Assembly (NCBI GenBank): GCA_024346625.1
Contig: AP024666.1
Location: 248,001-312,000 of the forward strand
Source of the DNA: Williopsis jadinii
Taxonomy: Eukaryota
Length of the DNA stretch: 64,000 bases
Direction: 5' to 3'
The notes under the pieces are model-generated. The model did no database searches and was not told the DNA's origin. It saw only the letters and a list, made by a program, of their open reading frames with translations. The position numbers were made by a program, and so were the translations under genes. Every line of letters starts with the position of its first letter. The first letter of the stretch is position 1. Positions 38,857 through 50,932 of this stretch are shown in pieces.

Positions 38857-40937
38857 TCATCAGTGATGGCTTCGATCGAGTGTTCTGATATGGTTATAAC
38901 ACTCTGGTTCAGTTCTGATTCTGTAATCAACGCTTCAGTCACTTTGCTCATGTGAGCTTGTTTTGCTGGCTCAAACACTTCAGTAGAAGAAGATTCAACG
39001 GCCGGGATGACATCTCGTTTCTTGAGTTCCTGGAGAGTTCGTTGTGGAGAGGGCGTGCTGGAGGAAATCTCTATGATGTCATTATCTTCTATGGGTGACC
39101 TTGTCGGTGTCACTTGAGAAAGAACGCCAGGCAATGTTCTGGTCCTCTTTCTTGGTGAACTCGAAACTGTTGATCTGTTCTTAGAAGAAGAAGGACCTTG
39201 CCCAAATATGGGCATTCGAAACTTCCCTCGCCTAGAGGGTGAGATACTTCCTCCCAATATAGCACGAATATCTGTCGATGTGTGTTTCAAATCTGGCTTC
39301 TTTGTTAGATTCCCAGAGGATAATTCAGAATGAGATCTTTTCAAATTCCTTGAGGGGTTAACCTTAACAGGCGATGGATGAGATCTCTTGGGACTTCTTC
39401 GAAGCTCAACTTCATTTGCCCTGTCAGTCTCCAGTCGATAAAGATCATTGGCCAGATCGTCTGGTAATAAATCAACAATAATAGCATATGTCGGTGCAGC
39501 ATTATCAACATCTATATACAAACCATCCACGTTGAAGAAATGTAAGCCATGTCTCAACAATTTGACACTGAGTACGAATAAGGAGTGACTCTCATCTGGT
39601 CCATAGGAAGCTTCTCTGACCTTTTTAAAAGAAAGAGTAGAATCATCCCTCCACTGTCCTTTCATGAAACATGTTAGATATTTGAGCAAATAGCTTTCCG
39701 TCATACTGTTATAGTACCATCTGGCAATATCTGAGATGTTGTCATGTGGGTAGCTACTCAATAACTTATACAGCTCTTTGAATTTAGGAAGCGAGAATAT
39801 GGCATCTGGATCAGTACACTCACCGTTGTTCGTAACACCATCTTCGAATGTAAACAGATCTGGATGCACCAGAGGACGGTAGTATAAGGAGACAACAAAG
39901 TCTGGTGGCCATCCAGCAAATTTATCAACGCCTACTGTGAGATGCTGTTCGTTCCGACCAAAGAGTGGAGCAGGATGGCTCTTAACCAAGGCAAACATAC
40001 TGTCCTGTAAGGCAAGGTATTTGGTTAGCTTTTCATTCTTTGGCAACGTTGATGTTGGTCTATACACCTCATCAAGAGACTGTGCAAAGTCTGGAAGTGT
40101 ATCATAAGGGAACTCGGATGAGTGCCGAGTCACCAAGGTGGTACCACACAACACCAGTTGTGAGGCCTTCTGGGGACCTAGTTTAGAGACACCAGTGTTG
40201 TAATCTCCTCCGCAAAGTATCGACAACAATCTCAACCTCTTTGAATCATAGCCTTTCACTCGTTCAACGGTCTCCATATGTATTGGAGTAACCCACCAAT
40301 CTTGGGTCTTCTTGAAATACTGCGTGCCAGCAGTGCTTGCAGGCTTATCTTCTCGGTGCCTAGCAAAGTTCTTCAACATCTTTCCAGCACCGTACGCCAA
40401 GGCATCACTATCGTTACTCATAACGTAGTCCACTACGCCCGCCCTTTGAAGCTTTGCACATTCTGCTTCACCATCGGCTGGCGCCTGAACAAACGAGACA
40501 TTCCACAGCTTTAGCATCTCCTTGATGACTCTAACCTCTGGTAGACCATTGATGGGACGTGTCCCTAAGCTTCTTTGTAGCTCTTCATACTGGACGTCGT
40601 AGTTCTTCTCATCCAACCGCTGTATTTGCTTCCCGCTGAGCTTCTTCTTCTTGAAGCTTGGTTTGAAAGGTCCATCAAATACAATGACGAACGTGACGTT
40701 CAGCGAGATCAAGTACCGTATCTTTGTATGGAACACCTGCAATATCTTCCCCATCACTGCTTGTTTGCTCACATTTGGAGGGATACTGGCCGATGCTTCG
40801 ACAAGCCACATATAACCATCCACTGCAACCCTCACTGGTCTCTTATTGGTGTCGTAAAATCGAGTAGCAAAGCACGAGAATGGCACCCTTTCTTCAACAG
40901 CATCTTCTATCAGATCCCAGATAGCCTGGACGCCCAT
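38826..40937 (-). CDS. YEN1: XPG/Rad2-family Holliday junction resolvase Yen1
   Basis: MGVQAIWD, VAVDGYMWL, IVFDGPFKPSFK, GEAECAKLQ, SNDSDAL, LCGGDYNTGV; SP-rich C-terminus. Confidence 0.88.
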   Translation of the reverse strand: MGVQAIWDLIEDAVEERVPFSCFATRFYDTNKRPVRVAVDGYMWLVEASASIPPNVSKQAVMGKILQVFHTKIRYLISLNVTFVIVFDGPFKPSFKKKKLSGKQIQRLDEKNYDVQYEELQRSLGTRPINGLPEVRVIKEMLKLWNVSFVQAPADGEAECAKLQRAGVVDYVMSNDSDALAYGAGKMLKNFARHREDKPASTAGTQYFKKTQDWWVTPIHMETVERVKGYDSKRLRLLSILCGGDYNTGVSKLGPQKASQLVLCGTTLVTRHSSEFPYDTLPDFAQSLDEVYRPTSTLPKNEKLTKYLALQDSMFALVKSHPAPLFGRNEQHLTVGVDKFAGWPPDFVVSLYYRPLVHPDLFTFEDGVTNNGECTDPDAIFSLPKFKELYKLLSSYPHDNISDIARWYYNSMTESYLLKYLTCFMKGQWRDDSTLSFKKVREASYGPDESHSLFVLSVKLLRHGLHFFNVDGLYIDVDNAAPTYAIIVDLLPDDLANDLYRLETDRANEVELRRSPKRSHPSPVKVNPSRNLKRSHSELSSGNLTKKPDLKHTSTDIRAILGGSISPSRRGKFRMPIFGQGPSSSKNRSTVSSSPRKRTRTLPGVLSQVTPTRSPIEDNDIIEISSSTPSPQRTLQELKKRDVIPAVESSSTEVFEPAKQAHMSKVTEALITESELNQSVITISEHSIEAITDDSSLIELSHL

Positions 40938-41168
40938 GAGCCGCGTAAAACTGTGATGTGCCGGTCTGTCTTGTTTTGTAGAAGTTCGACACTGCTAATC
41001 GTCTTGTTTACATTCACTCGGGCGTATACCTGAACCCTCAACACGCATACATCGCGGACATCACCACATAGCGTATATTGCTCCTCTAACTACAATGGGA
41101 CGCAGTAAGAGCTGTATGCAAATACCCGTACCGTCTATTCAGCGTGTTTATATATGAAGTACACTTGT

Positions 41169-42149
41169 TTACTCGGCATCGACTGCCTCTAATAACTTAT
41201 CAACAACGTCCAATATTGCTGTGGTAGCAGGGCTGTCAGGATACAGATCTAAGAAACTCTCTCCGTTATCACATGCCCTGCCAATTCTTGGGTCCAAGGG
41301 TACGCTCCCCAAGAACGGGACCCCTAGCTCTTTACTGAGTGCCTCACCACCTCCGGTGGTTGCCTTGAATATTTGAGACTCTCCATGGCATCCTGGACAC
41401 ACAAACCCACTCATATTCTCTACAATACCCAGTACTCTGATCCCTGCCTTGCGACAAAAGTCAATCTCCTTTCGTACGTCTAGGAGGGCCACCTCTTGTG
41501 GCGTGGTTACTATTAATGCACCGTCGATGCCCGAACCCTTCAAGAACGAATTAACAGAGATATGTTCGTCTGAAGTGCCCGGTGGCGTATCAACAACCAA
41601 ATAATCCAGGTGGCCCCAGTCAACATCTTTGAGGAATTGCTTTATCAACCCGTTCTTCTTAGCTCCTCTCCATATAATGGCGGAATCCTCATCTGGTAGC
41701 ATAAATCCTATACTCATCATCCCCAGGTTATCAGCCACGTAAACCGGCGTCCATCCAGAGTTCGAGGAGTGTACAGTTTCACCTTGGGCTCCGAGCATTC
41801 TTGGTAACGAAGGTCCACAGATATCCAGGTCCATCGCTCCCACCTCAACGTCTTCGTCTGCTGCAAGAGCCCAAGACAGCATACTGGTAAATGTGCTCTT
41901 GCCCACACCTCCTTTACCCGAAAGCACCAGTATCTTGTGCTTTATATCTTTCAAGCGGTCATTTATCAAGGGAATATCAGGGTCAGGTCCCTTGGGTAAC
42001 GATTCACAGATCTCTTTGTTGGCACATCCAGTACAGGCATCGCCTTTACCAGCATCCTCGGACTGTGGACCAGGACAGTGCTCCGGCTCCGGAGCCTTCA
42101 AGTCCTGTGGCACAGGCTCTGGCATGGTCATGGGTGATATTACTGACAT
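41169..42149 (-). CDS. NBP35: Cytosolic Fe-S scaffold P-loop NTPase Nbp35
   Basis: N-terminal Cys motif EHCPG...[34 protein letters not shown]. Confidence 0.96.
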   Translation of the reverse strand: MSVISPMTMPEPVPQDLKAPEPEHCPGPQSEDAGKGDACTGCANKEICESLPKGPDPDIPLINDRLKDIKHKILVLSGKGGVGKSTFTSMLSWALAADEDVEVGAMDLDICGPSLPRMLGAQGETVHSSNSGWTPVYVADNLGMMSIGFMLPDEDSAIIWRGAKKNGLIKQFLKDVDWGHLDYLVVDTPPGTSDEHISVNSFLKGSGIDGALIVTTPQEVALLDVRKEIDFCRKAGIRVLGIVENMSGFVCPGCHGESQIFKATTGGGEALSKELGVPFLGSVPLDPRIGRACDNGESFLDLYPDSPATTAILDVVDKLLEAVDAE

Positions 42150-43555
42150 TTTCCTTCTCGTATGAATACTTTGACGAGTTCAACAAAGAATTTTAAGAAG
42201 GAAATGAATGAATAAGCTGCTATCGAAGTATTTGTCATGCGCTTTCTATGCCTTACAAATCCCGTCGGGATTCCATGGCGGGTTGAATTCCGGGGGCTCA
42301 GATTTCCCGGAATTGGCCCTCCGAGATTGGTGTATGGATGTTTGCAAGTCCTATACAGCTGTGTCACACATCCGTTGGCTTTAGGCCAATAGATACAATT
42401 ACCGAGTACTTGATCAGTTTATTGTGTGTAATATTCATCATTTTGTGATCCTGAAATATCCATGACATATTATAAGTGGTATACGGGTGTATATCGGCGT
42501 ATATCGGCCACGGCTTTTATGTGGAGCAGAGAGTGTATTTAGTACAGTTAGACCTCGATCGTAATATTAGCGAATCTTTGATGGAGCGACTGAACTATGA
42601 AACTGACTCCACCGTCACCTGTTCATCGTTCTTCTTCAATTGCAAAGAAAAGGCAACTGTTGGTATTTTAGAATATTGACTCAGTTCTAACCAGGTAATT
42701 GACTAGCTCCGAGAAGTTACCACTTTTATTGTTCACATCTCTTGAGAGATCCAACTCCAGATAAAACGACCAGAAAATCAAGTAATAATCAAGAAGCAAA
42801 GATACATCGAGCTTTGGTGGAGTGGAACTCAAATTCTCCCTCCGCTTTCCTACTTGAATTCCTTCCTTAGCGTGATACCCGGTTGCGGGCTCTTCTCCAT
42901 CTAATCATCCCATTCTAGAGCGTACTCTTCCAAGTAATCTTCACCGGGGCCTCATCGACTCCTGAACACTATATCGAATCTCCACACAGTATGATGATCA
43001 TACCGAGACAATTCTCCATTCACATTCTACTATCGCTTCCGAACCGTCAATTGGCCATTCAATCACAACAGTGTTGAAACCGGAGCGGTGTTCACGTTTC
43101 CCGGGAAACACACAATGAAAAACTCGCAGACGCCCTCAGTAAAATGATGCTGCGCGTATTAACACGCACGCATCGACACCCATGAACAGGTCTAAACACT
43201 CTACAATAGGTCAATTATGGTATGTTTTATGACTTTGAAACAGTCTTAAAACGTCTTTTCGATACAGGTTATCCCGAAATAGTCACGTTTTACGATTTTT
43301 CTCCAAATGTTTCCAAAAACGTCCAAATTAGGAAATTTTCAGTGCTTGGGATTTCCGTTTTAGGAAGTCAACCCGGCTTGTCCAATATGTCCAACGCAAT
43401 TTCGGTTCCTTTCCCAACTTTTTGTCTTTTTATAAGCACCTTTCAACTAAATCACGAGTCCTTCTCAAAGATCTTCAATTGACAACGTCTACTGCTAGTG
43501 GATAACAGAGCTTACAGTGTATAACTCAGCCCAGAGAGACGCGTCTTTGATTATA

Positions 43556-46500
43556 ATGACCGACACAAGAGAGACTTCTGAAGATGTTGACGTATGTTTT
43601 GATCGTCACTTATCAGTAAAAGCGTTAGTTACTAACAAGCCATTGAAGAATGCTGTCAATTTCAAGGGCTTGAATGAGAAGCAAAAGCACTACTTTGTTG
43701 ATCCATCCAAGCCAAAGTTCAACGTTGAAGAGACTGCGAAGAGATTCAAGTATCTCTTAGGTTTGACTAGTTTATTCTCCCATTTCATCAACTTCAAAGC
43801 TGAAAAGGATCCCAAGTTCAAACAAGTTCTTGACATCATCGAGGGCGAGTCGTCAGACACAACAAAGAAGAAATCGAATGGCAACAATAGAAGAAGAAAG
43901 ACTGAGAAGGAGGAGGATGCGGAGTTGTTGAGAGATGAAGAGGATGAATCTTCAACGATCTACGAGTTCACTGAATCTCCCGGTTATGTTCAAGGTACCT
44001 TGAGAGCATATCAAATCCAGGGTTTAAACTGGCTGATTTCACTGCACGAGAATAACATCTCTGGTATCCTCGCAGATGAGATGGGTTTGGGTAAAACCCT
44101 ACAGACCATCTCGTTCTTGGGATACCTGAGGTACATTCGTGATATCAAAGGTCCTCACTTGGTTATTGTTCCCAAATCCACTTTGGATAACTGGTCAAGA
44201 GAGTTTGCCAAATGGACACCAGAAGTGAATACTTTCATCCTACAAGGTGATAAGGAAACAAGAGCCAATCTTATCCAAGATAAGCTCCTCGCTTGTGATT
44301 TTGATGTCTGTATTACCTCATACGAAATCATCATCAGGGAGAAAGCTCAGTTCCGAAAGTTTGACTGGGAGTACATCGTCATCGATGAGGCCCACAGAAT
44401 TAAGAACGAGGAGTCAATGCTCTCACAGATCATCAGAATGTTCCATTCCAAGAACAGACTATTGATCACAGGTACACCACTACAAAACAACCTGCACGAA
44501 TTGTGGGCTCTTTTGAACTTCATCCTTCCTGACGTGTTTGCTGATTCTGAAGCATTTGATCAATGGTTCCTCGCTTCAAATGAAGGAACACCAGATCCGT
44601 CCATTCCAGAGGATGACAGGGAAAAGTCGAAACAAGATCAAGTCGTCCAACAGTTGCACAAGGTTCTTCAACCATTCCTCTTGCGTCGTATAAAGAATGA
44701 CGTTGAAAAATCATTGAAGCCTAAAAAGGAACTCAACCTGTACATTGGGATGTCTGACATGCAACGCAAATGGTACCAATCTATTTTAGAAAAGGACATT
44801 GATGCTGTGAATGGTGCTAACGGTAAACGGGAGTCCAAGACTCGTCTGCTTAACATTGTGATGCAACTCAGAAAATGTTGCAACCATCCGTATTTGTTCG
44901 AAGGTGCAGAGCCAGGCCCACCATACACAACTGATGAACATTTGGTCTACAACTCCCAAAAACTCAAAGTCTTGGACAAACTTTTGAAGAAGCTCAAAGC
45001 TGAAGGGTCTCGTGTATTGATCTTCTCCCAGATGTCCCGTATGCTTGATATTTTGGAGGATTACTGCGTTTTCAGAGATTATAAATACAATAGAATCGAT
45101 GGTCAAACTGACCACGCTGATCGTGTCAAAGCTATCGATGAATACAACGCACCAGACTCTGATAAATTCATCTTTCTATTGACCACTCGTGCTGGTGGTT
45201 TGGGTATTAACCTGACTTCCGCTGATATTGTTGTGTTGTACGATTCTGATTGGAATCCTCAGGCTGACTTACAGGCCATGGACCGTGCACACAGAATTGG
45301 TCAGACAAAACAAGTGAAAGTTTTTAGACTTGTTACAGAGAATGCCATTGAAGAGAAGGTTTTGGAGAGAGCCACTCAAAAGCTTAGATTGGATCAGTTA
45401 GTCATCCAACAGGGCCGTAACAATGGTGGTGTACAGCCAGCGCAGTCTTCAAAGGCTACAACTAAAGACGACTTGCTCAACATGATTCAATTCGGTGCTG
45501 CAGATGTCTTCAAATCCTCCGGCAATGGTACCGATGATGATTTCAATCTTGAGGCAATCTTGGAAAAGTCAGAAGAGAAAACCACTCAGTTGAGCGAGAG
45601 ATACTCTAAGCTAGGTTTAGATGACTTGCAAAAATTCTCCTCGGACTCTGCGTACGAATGGAACGGTGAAGACTTCAAGAAGAAAGATCATTCGAAGATT
45701 GCAGAGATAACGTGGATCAATCCTGCAAAGAGAGAGCGTAAGGAGAACTATTCGATCGATATGTACTACAAGGATGTTCTTAATACTGGTGGAAGAACTA
45801 CTCAAGATAAGAGATTGCCAAAGCAACCTAAACAGCCAAACATTTTTGACCATCAGTTCTACCCTATCAAGCTTCAAGAGATCTTTGATAAAGAAACAGC
45901 CTATTATAGAAAGCAAATTGGTTTCAAAGTCCCCCTGCCAGACGGACCTGCATCGAAATTAGCTGAAAGAGAAGCCCAGCAAAACTTGCAACAACTTGAG
46001 ATTAAAAACTCAAGACCTTTGACCGAGGAGGAGGAAGCAGAGAAAAACGAGCTTCTTGAGCAAGGTTTCTCCAAATGGTCAAGAAGAGACTTCACTGCAT
46101 TTATTCAGGCCTGTGCCAAATATGGCCGTAATTCGTTGACTGCGATTTCCTCTGAATTCCCAGAGAAAACTGTTGACGATGTTCGTGAATATGCAAAGGC
46201 CTTTTGGAAGAACTACACGCAAATCGAAGGGTACGATCGTTACATCTCACAGATAGAGGCTGGTGAAGATAAAATCCGTAAAGCTCATATCCAGAAGGAG
46301 GCCTTGAGGTTAAAGTTATCTCAGTACACCAATCCTCTTCAAGATTTAGTCCTGAAGTTTCCACCTGCTACCACTAACAGGCGTACCTTTTCCGAGGAAG
46401 AAGATAGATACCTTCTTGTTCAGTGTTACCGTTATGGCCTTGACCGTCCTGATCTGTTTGAAAGAATTAGAGATAGCATAAGACTATCACCACTGTTCAG

Positions 46501-46678
46501 GTTTGATTTTTTCTTCCAGAGCAGAACTCCTAGTGAGTTGAGCAGAAGGGCCAATACTCTTCTGGCTTGTGTTGCGAGAGAGATGGACTCTTCACTCAGC
46601 AAGAAGAGAAAATCCACTACTCCTGCTGAGGACGATGCACCACCAAAGAAGACCACAAAGGGCAAGTCTAAGAAATGA
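43556..46678 (+). CDS. ISW1: ISWI chromatin-remodelling ATPase Isw1; probable 57-nt intron 43592-43648
   Basis: [42 protein letters not shown] region with [13 protein letters not shown]. Confidence 0.93.
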   Translation: MTDTRETSEDVDVCFDRHLSVKALVTNKPLKNAVNFKGLNEKQKHYFVDPSKPKFNVEETAKRFKYLLGLTSLFSHFINFKAEKDPKFKQVLDIIEGESSDTTKKKSNGNNRRRKTEKEEDAELLRDEEDESSTIYEFTESPGYVQGTLRAYQIQGLNWLISLHENNISGILADEMGLGKTLQTISFLGYLRYIRDIKGPHLVIVPKSTLDNWSREFAKWTPEVNTFILQGDKETRANLIQDKLLACDFDVCITSYEIIIREKAQFRKFDWEYIVIDEAHRIKNEESMLSQIIRMFHSKNRLLITGTPLQNNLHELWALLNFILPDVFADSEAFDQWFLASNEGTPDPSIPEDDREKSKQDQVVQQLHKVLQPFLLRRIKNDVEKSLKPKKELNLYIGMSDMQRKWYQSILEKDIDAVNGANGKRESKTRLLNIVMQLRKCCNHPYLFEGAEPGPPYTTDEHLVYNSQKLKVLDKLLKKLKAEGSRVLIFSQMSRMLDILEDYCVFRDYKYNRIDGQTDHADRVKAIDEYNAPDSDKFIFLLTTRAGGLGINLTSADIVVLYDSDWNPQADLQAMDRAHRIGQTKQVKVFRLVTENAIEEKVLERATQKLRLDQLVIQQGRNNGGVQPAQSSKATTKDDLLNMIQFGAADVFKSSGNGTDDDFNLEAILEKSEEKTTQLSERYSKLGLDDLQKFSSDSAYEWNGEDFKKKDHSKIAEITWINPAKRERKENYSIDMYYKDVLNTGGRTTQDKRLPKQPKQPNIFDHQFYPIKLQEIFDKETAYYRKQIGFKVPLPDGPASKLAEREAQQNLQQLEIKNSRPLTEEEEAEKNELLEQGFSKWSRRDFTAFIQACAKYGRNSLTAISSEFPEKTVDDVREYAKAFWKNYTQIEGYDRYISQIEAGEDKIRKAHIQKEALRLKLSQYTNPLQDLVLKFPPATTNRRTFSEEEDRYLLVQCYRYGLDRPDLFERIRDSIRLSPLFRFDFFFQSRTPSELSRRANTLLACVAREMDSSLSKKRKSTTPAEDDAPPKKTTKGKSKK

Positions 46679-46778
46679 ACGTAGCGTTCATTGTTCTATT
46701 CTAGGAATTAAATAATCGTATTAAAAGTTCATTAAAGTCAGAGTATTCATCTACAGTTTACAGAGACAGTGAGGGTTA

Positions 46779-47447
46779 TTACGCTTTAGCTTCTGCAGCC
46801 TTTTCAGCCCTTGCCCTTTCTTCCGCTTCGTCCTGTAGCCTTAGCTTCTCTCTCTCTTGTTCTATTTGTATCTCCAAGACACTCTTGGCCTTTGGTTTGG
46901 CATCCAAGGGTCTATCAGGTCTTATTCTTAACTTGTCGGGTAGCATCTCAAACTTTGGATGAGCCAAATCACAATCAGGTCCATCGGGACAGAACCCAGT
47001 GAGGTAGTTTTGACACACAATTCTCTTGATGTGTCTCATCTTGCAGTTTGGCCCCTCGGGACAGAACCCCCTGCTATAGTTCATACACTCAGGTACTTTA
47101 CTCTGTGGATCTATATGGGCGTACTGGCATTCTGGTGTCTGGGTACAGAACCCGTTCTTGGAGAAGAACAGGCACTCTGGCATCTTTCTCAAGTTGTACT
47201 CGTGCAAAAACTCACAGTGATCACCCTTCTTACAAAGCCCACGCAGCCAATGCTTACACACGATCTTGTTATGGAAGATCGACGCGACATGTTTGTTTGG
47301 ACACTGATCGCCTTGTGGACACCCACCATGACCGTTGTAGAACTGGCACACTGGGCGGTCAGGGTCCAGCCCGAAATGGAACTCAGATCTTAGAAACGGC
47401 TCGAACCGGAACTGGTACGTGGTAGGGTTGGCGTGTAAAGCAGACAT
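46779..47447 (-). CDS. YTH1: CPSF30-like five-CCCH zinc-finger protein Yth1
   Basis: FRFEPFL, DPDRPVC, KIVCKHWLRGLCKKGDHCEFLHEYNLRKMPEC. Confidence 0.96.
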   Translation of the reverse strand: MSALHANPTTYQFRFEPFLRSEFHFGLDPDRPVCQFYNGHGGCPQGDQCPNKHVASIFHNKIVCKHWLRGLCKKGDHCEFLHEYNLRKMPECLFFSKNGFCTQTPECQYAHIDPQSKVPECMNYSRGFCPEGPNCKMRHIKRIVCQNYLTGFCPDGPDCDLAHPKFEMLPDKLRIRPDRPLDAKPKAKSVLEIQIEQEREKLRLQDEAEERARAEKAAEAKA

Positions 47448-47832
47448 CGTTATTAATCTCTTGAGAGCTCAATAACCAATACCAAAGCAGTTGTTTGATT
47501 AGTTTCTTTAATGGAGACCGAATTTGAAATCAACTTTTCCGAGCGAGATCCGGGGGGCAAGTTCCCACCGGAACTTGCGACATTTCGAAATTTGGAATCT
47601 GGAATTTGCCGCTCGCTCTCGGCCGAAACAAAGTGACACAAAACCAACTCCACGCCGTCTACAGCCATTTCCGACCCCCACCAGGGATAAACAAAGCAGA
47701 GAGCTACTGTTCGTTGATGATGTATATATGAGCGTCATGTGATTCCATAGATCGATATAAAGGGCCCTTGTAGAAGGTTGTACTTTTTTCCTCTATAAGC
47801 ATCAAGCTTCGAGGTGGTGTTTATTTGTCACT

Positions 47833-48506
47833 TCAGATGTTGAAAGCGGCAATGATGAATGACAAGGCGAAGCTGATTTTGAAGCTTGGATCCTCGAAGA
47901 ACAAGTTTCTAAGGTCAACTCTGTCGGAACCAACTCTGACAATGGTGGTCCATGGAATATGAATGATTCCACGGCTTTGAAGGAACTGAGGAAGTCGTGT
48001 TAGTATGTCTGGAGGAGTTTGTAGTTTGCAATTTCCCGGTATCGGTGGTGACCGGTACAACTCACCTGTAAGAGAAGGACTGTAGACAAGGTGATGAAAC
48101 CGAGAACGGAACTTAGCTTGCCCACAACAACGCCTGTGAAGAGACCAATCAGGGAACCATAACAGAGTTGTCTGTACTTCAAGTTTCCATTCAGCCTGGA
48201 GTTCACGACAGCTGGTTGTGGTGCTGTAGGATCCACAGCCTTGATGTTGCTCTGCAGTTTGCTTGTATCGATGGTACCTAGGTTAACGGCCTCGTTTAGG
48301 ATCTTTGAGTGGGCTTGAAGAGCGAATGCACCTGAGGCACCAACAATCAACGCCAATTTCGAGATCGAGGAACCGCCTCTCGCGTGAACAAGACTTTTCG
48401 AGGAAGCTGACCATGATGGATGAAACAAGGTCTGTCTCAACACTCGGTTAACATTGTACTGCTTCACGTTACGTAGCACTGTTTTGAAAGTGGATTGGAA
48501 GAACAT
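47833..48506 (-). CDS. FUN14: Fun14/FUNDC-family mitochondrial membrane protein; intron 48065-47986
   Basis: LKYRQLCYGSLIGLFTGVVVGKLS...LLLQ|FLQSRGII...FKISFALSFIIAAFNI; GTGAGT...TACTAAC...CAG. Confidence 0.85.
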
Positions 48507-50010
48507 GGACTCTAATTGTTTAAGGAACGAAAACACCAGTTGAAAACTTGAATATCACACAGCACAACAAGAGGTGAACAGAAGTAAATACCTAAAATTC
48601 CAAGTCTCTTTTTCGTTTGCTATTGGGCATGTGCTCTCTTAGTCGAAACCACGGATGTCCTGATGTTTCCCTTCTCCTGTAAGTGTAACTCCCTCGGTAA
48701 CTAAGGTAACCGTTGGGTTGGCCCAAAACTGCTAACGGACACAACTGTTGGATGTTGGCCCAGCTGACTTTGCGGTCCCAACCGAGCGGAGAAGGGGAGG
48801 TGTGCTCCATGTGCTGCCTATACTGAAATTTACACTCTAAGGCTCTCCAGCGTATGGGTAAATTTCAGAACGGCAAATCCATAACCATGACAACTCGACT
48901 CCGGCGTAAAGCGTGGCCTTAACCGGAGTTCCAACCGAACCTCTTAGAACGTTCGCGCCCCTTTGGGTATCAGCGTGTCACCGCGCAGTGTGCACACCGT
49001 TTGGGGAAGTCGAAATGGGGAACTTCTTCCGTGTAGATATTGGGAGCAACGGAGGGGCTCCTCTGGTGTGTATGGTAAGTGGATCCACATATGATTGAAC
49101 AAATTGGACCCCCCCCCTACCAGCAAAAAATTGTCAAGCCACCCGACTTTGCTATTTCACCCGATAACATGGAAACTATCAACCTTGTAAAACATCCTCA
49201 ACGGTCCCCCATTTTCGAAAACATGGATGCAAGTGAAATTGCACCAAAATGTAATATCAAACGCGTCTGACCTAAACATGACATCAGCTCTTCGACTACA
49301 CTCGGACCCTTCCCACCTCACAATCTCTTGCTTATTCTGGCTTGTGATTTGTAACATGGAGCTCTGCACGAAAAAAAAAACTCCCTGGAAATAACCCCAA
49401 TAGGCAATCTCCCAAACAGGGCAATCGCTCACGAAGGCCAAAAAAAGAGAGTTGTACATATGGTCTGCGCAGCATCTCCAATTCCGGCCGGTCGTTTCTT
49501 TTGGCGCCGTGATGTTTGTTCTGCACGGAAAACCCCAAAGAGGAAAGACATGAATACAAGCGGAAGAGAAAAAAAGTTTCTCGGGTTACGCACAATTTTT
49601 GGCAAATAAATGGCACAGGTCTCGCTCAAAAGTTTGAGTGGAATTGAGCACTGGCAAATCCCACCCACTCTCCTTCCCAATCCAGAAGGTGTTATTATCT
49701 GCAGAGCAAATCTCCTCTCACTTATAAAAACACACAATTCCTACGTTGTCATAGAAAGGTCGACACGCCAATAAAAAGGATCTCACGACCATTTTCCCAC
49801 TATAAGATTTGATCTCATCGCAGTAAGTTCAACGGCTTTTTTTTTTGTGTCCTCGAGAAGCTTTTTCTTTCTTTTTTGGCGGGCTTTACCAGAATCTTTG
49901 ACGCATCTAAAGCACACGACTGGTCAAAACAGGTATAACAAGCGCGTTTTGACAGCTTCCTTCCCATCCAATTGATCCTGCTACACGCCGATTCGTGACA
50001 CATTTGGACG

Positions 50011-50748
50011 ATGGATTTCCATAACAAGCACCTTCTCGAGTCCACTGTCAACCAGTTGCAACCGCAGAGGCTCTCCAACAATGTGTGGCTAGGTCCTCTG
50101 AACTCGGTTGCACAGTCAGAGTTCCTCTCCCAGAACAACATCAAGTACATTTTCGGTATAATGGCTTCACAGAAGTGTGCCTACTACCTGAAGGACTTGT
50201 CCCCGAAGCAGTTTTGCTGCGTGTCCATAGACCCACACTTCAACATTCAAAAGCTCACGGAGGATGAAGGCGAGTGTCTCATGAGATTCAACACACAGTT
50301 CACGCCGGCGGTCTCCACGATCTCGGGCAACACGATCACCAACGCCGTTATAACAAGCCTGGACTTCCAGAAGATGTTGGACGACTTCCTGCTGTTGGTG
50401 CATGCCATACAGCACTCCGATCCAAGTGGTGGGATCCTCTTGTTTTCGCTGAACGGTAACGACAACTTGTTGTCAACATTTGCCCTATCGTACATCCAGG
50501 ATGCCCATAACTGTGATGTTGCACAGAGCTACAGCTACTTGAAGTCCATCAGACCTTCTGTGAAGGGATTCGATGAGTACGGATTCTTCGCCAACGAAGT
50601 GGCCAAGTTCCATCTCAACCACAAGGCAAGAAAGCAGTTTGATACCTCAGTATCACCAATGAGAACCAAGAGAGGCGCTTGCGATGTGACTGACCACGAG
50701 GAGGCTGAGCGTCGTAGTCCGAGGGTGTTGAAAAGAACTGCTCAATAG
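50011..50748 (+). CDS. Dual-specificity-phosphatase-fold protein lacking the catalytic CX5R motif (pseudophosphatase)
   Basis: NVWLGP, FLSQNNIKYIF, GGILLFSLNGNDNL in place of VLVHCxxGxSRS, SYI...AQSYSYLKSIRPSV. Confidence 0.7.
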   Translation: MDFHNKHLLESTVNQLQPQRLSNNVWLGPLNSVAQSEFLSQNNIKYIFGIMASQKCAYYLKDLSPKQFCCVSIDPHFNIQKLTEDEGECLMRFNTQFTPAVSTISGNTITNAVITSLDFQKMLDDFLLLVHAIQHSDPSGGILLFSLNGNDNLLSTFALSYIQDAHNCDVAQSYSYLKSIRPSVKGFDEYGFFANEVAKFHLNHKARKQFDTSVSPMRTKRGACDVTDHEEAERRSPRVLKRTAQ

Positions 50749-50932
50749 AGCTGAAATTGACTGAATTATTCATCATTGGTTATTATTGTTGTGCTTGTAC
50801 ACGGGCGCTTGGTTTATTAGTACGAGTTTTATTACGGGATGGTATCATACAAAGCTAGGGCTTTTATATTGAATTTTATGTGTGTTTGTCATTAACTGGT
50901 TTGTAGTACCTGAAAGTATCCTTGAACTGTGA

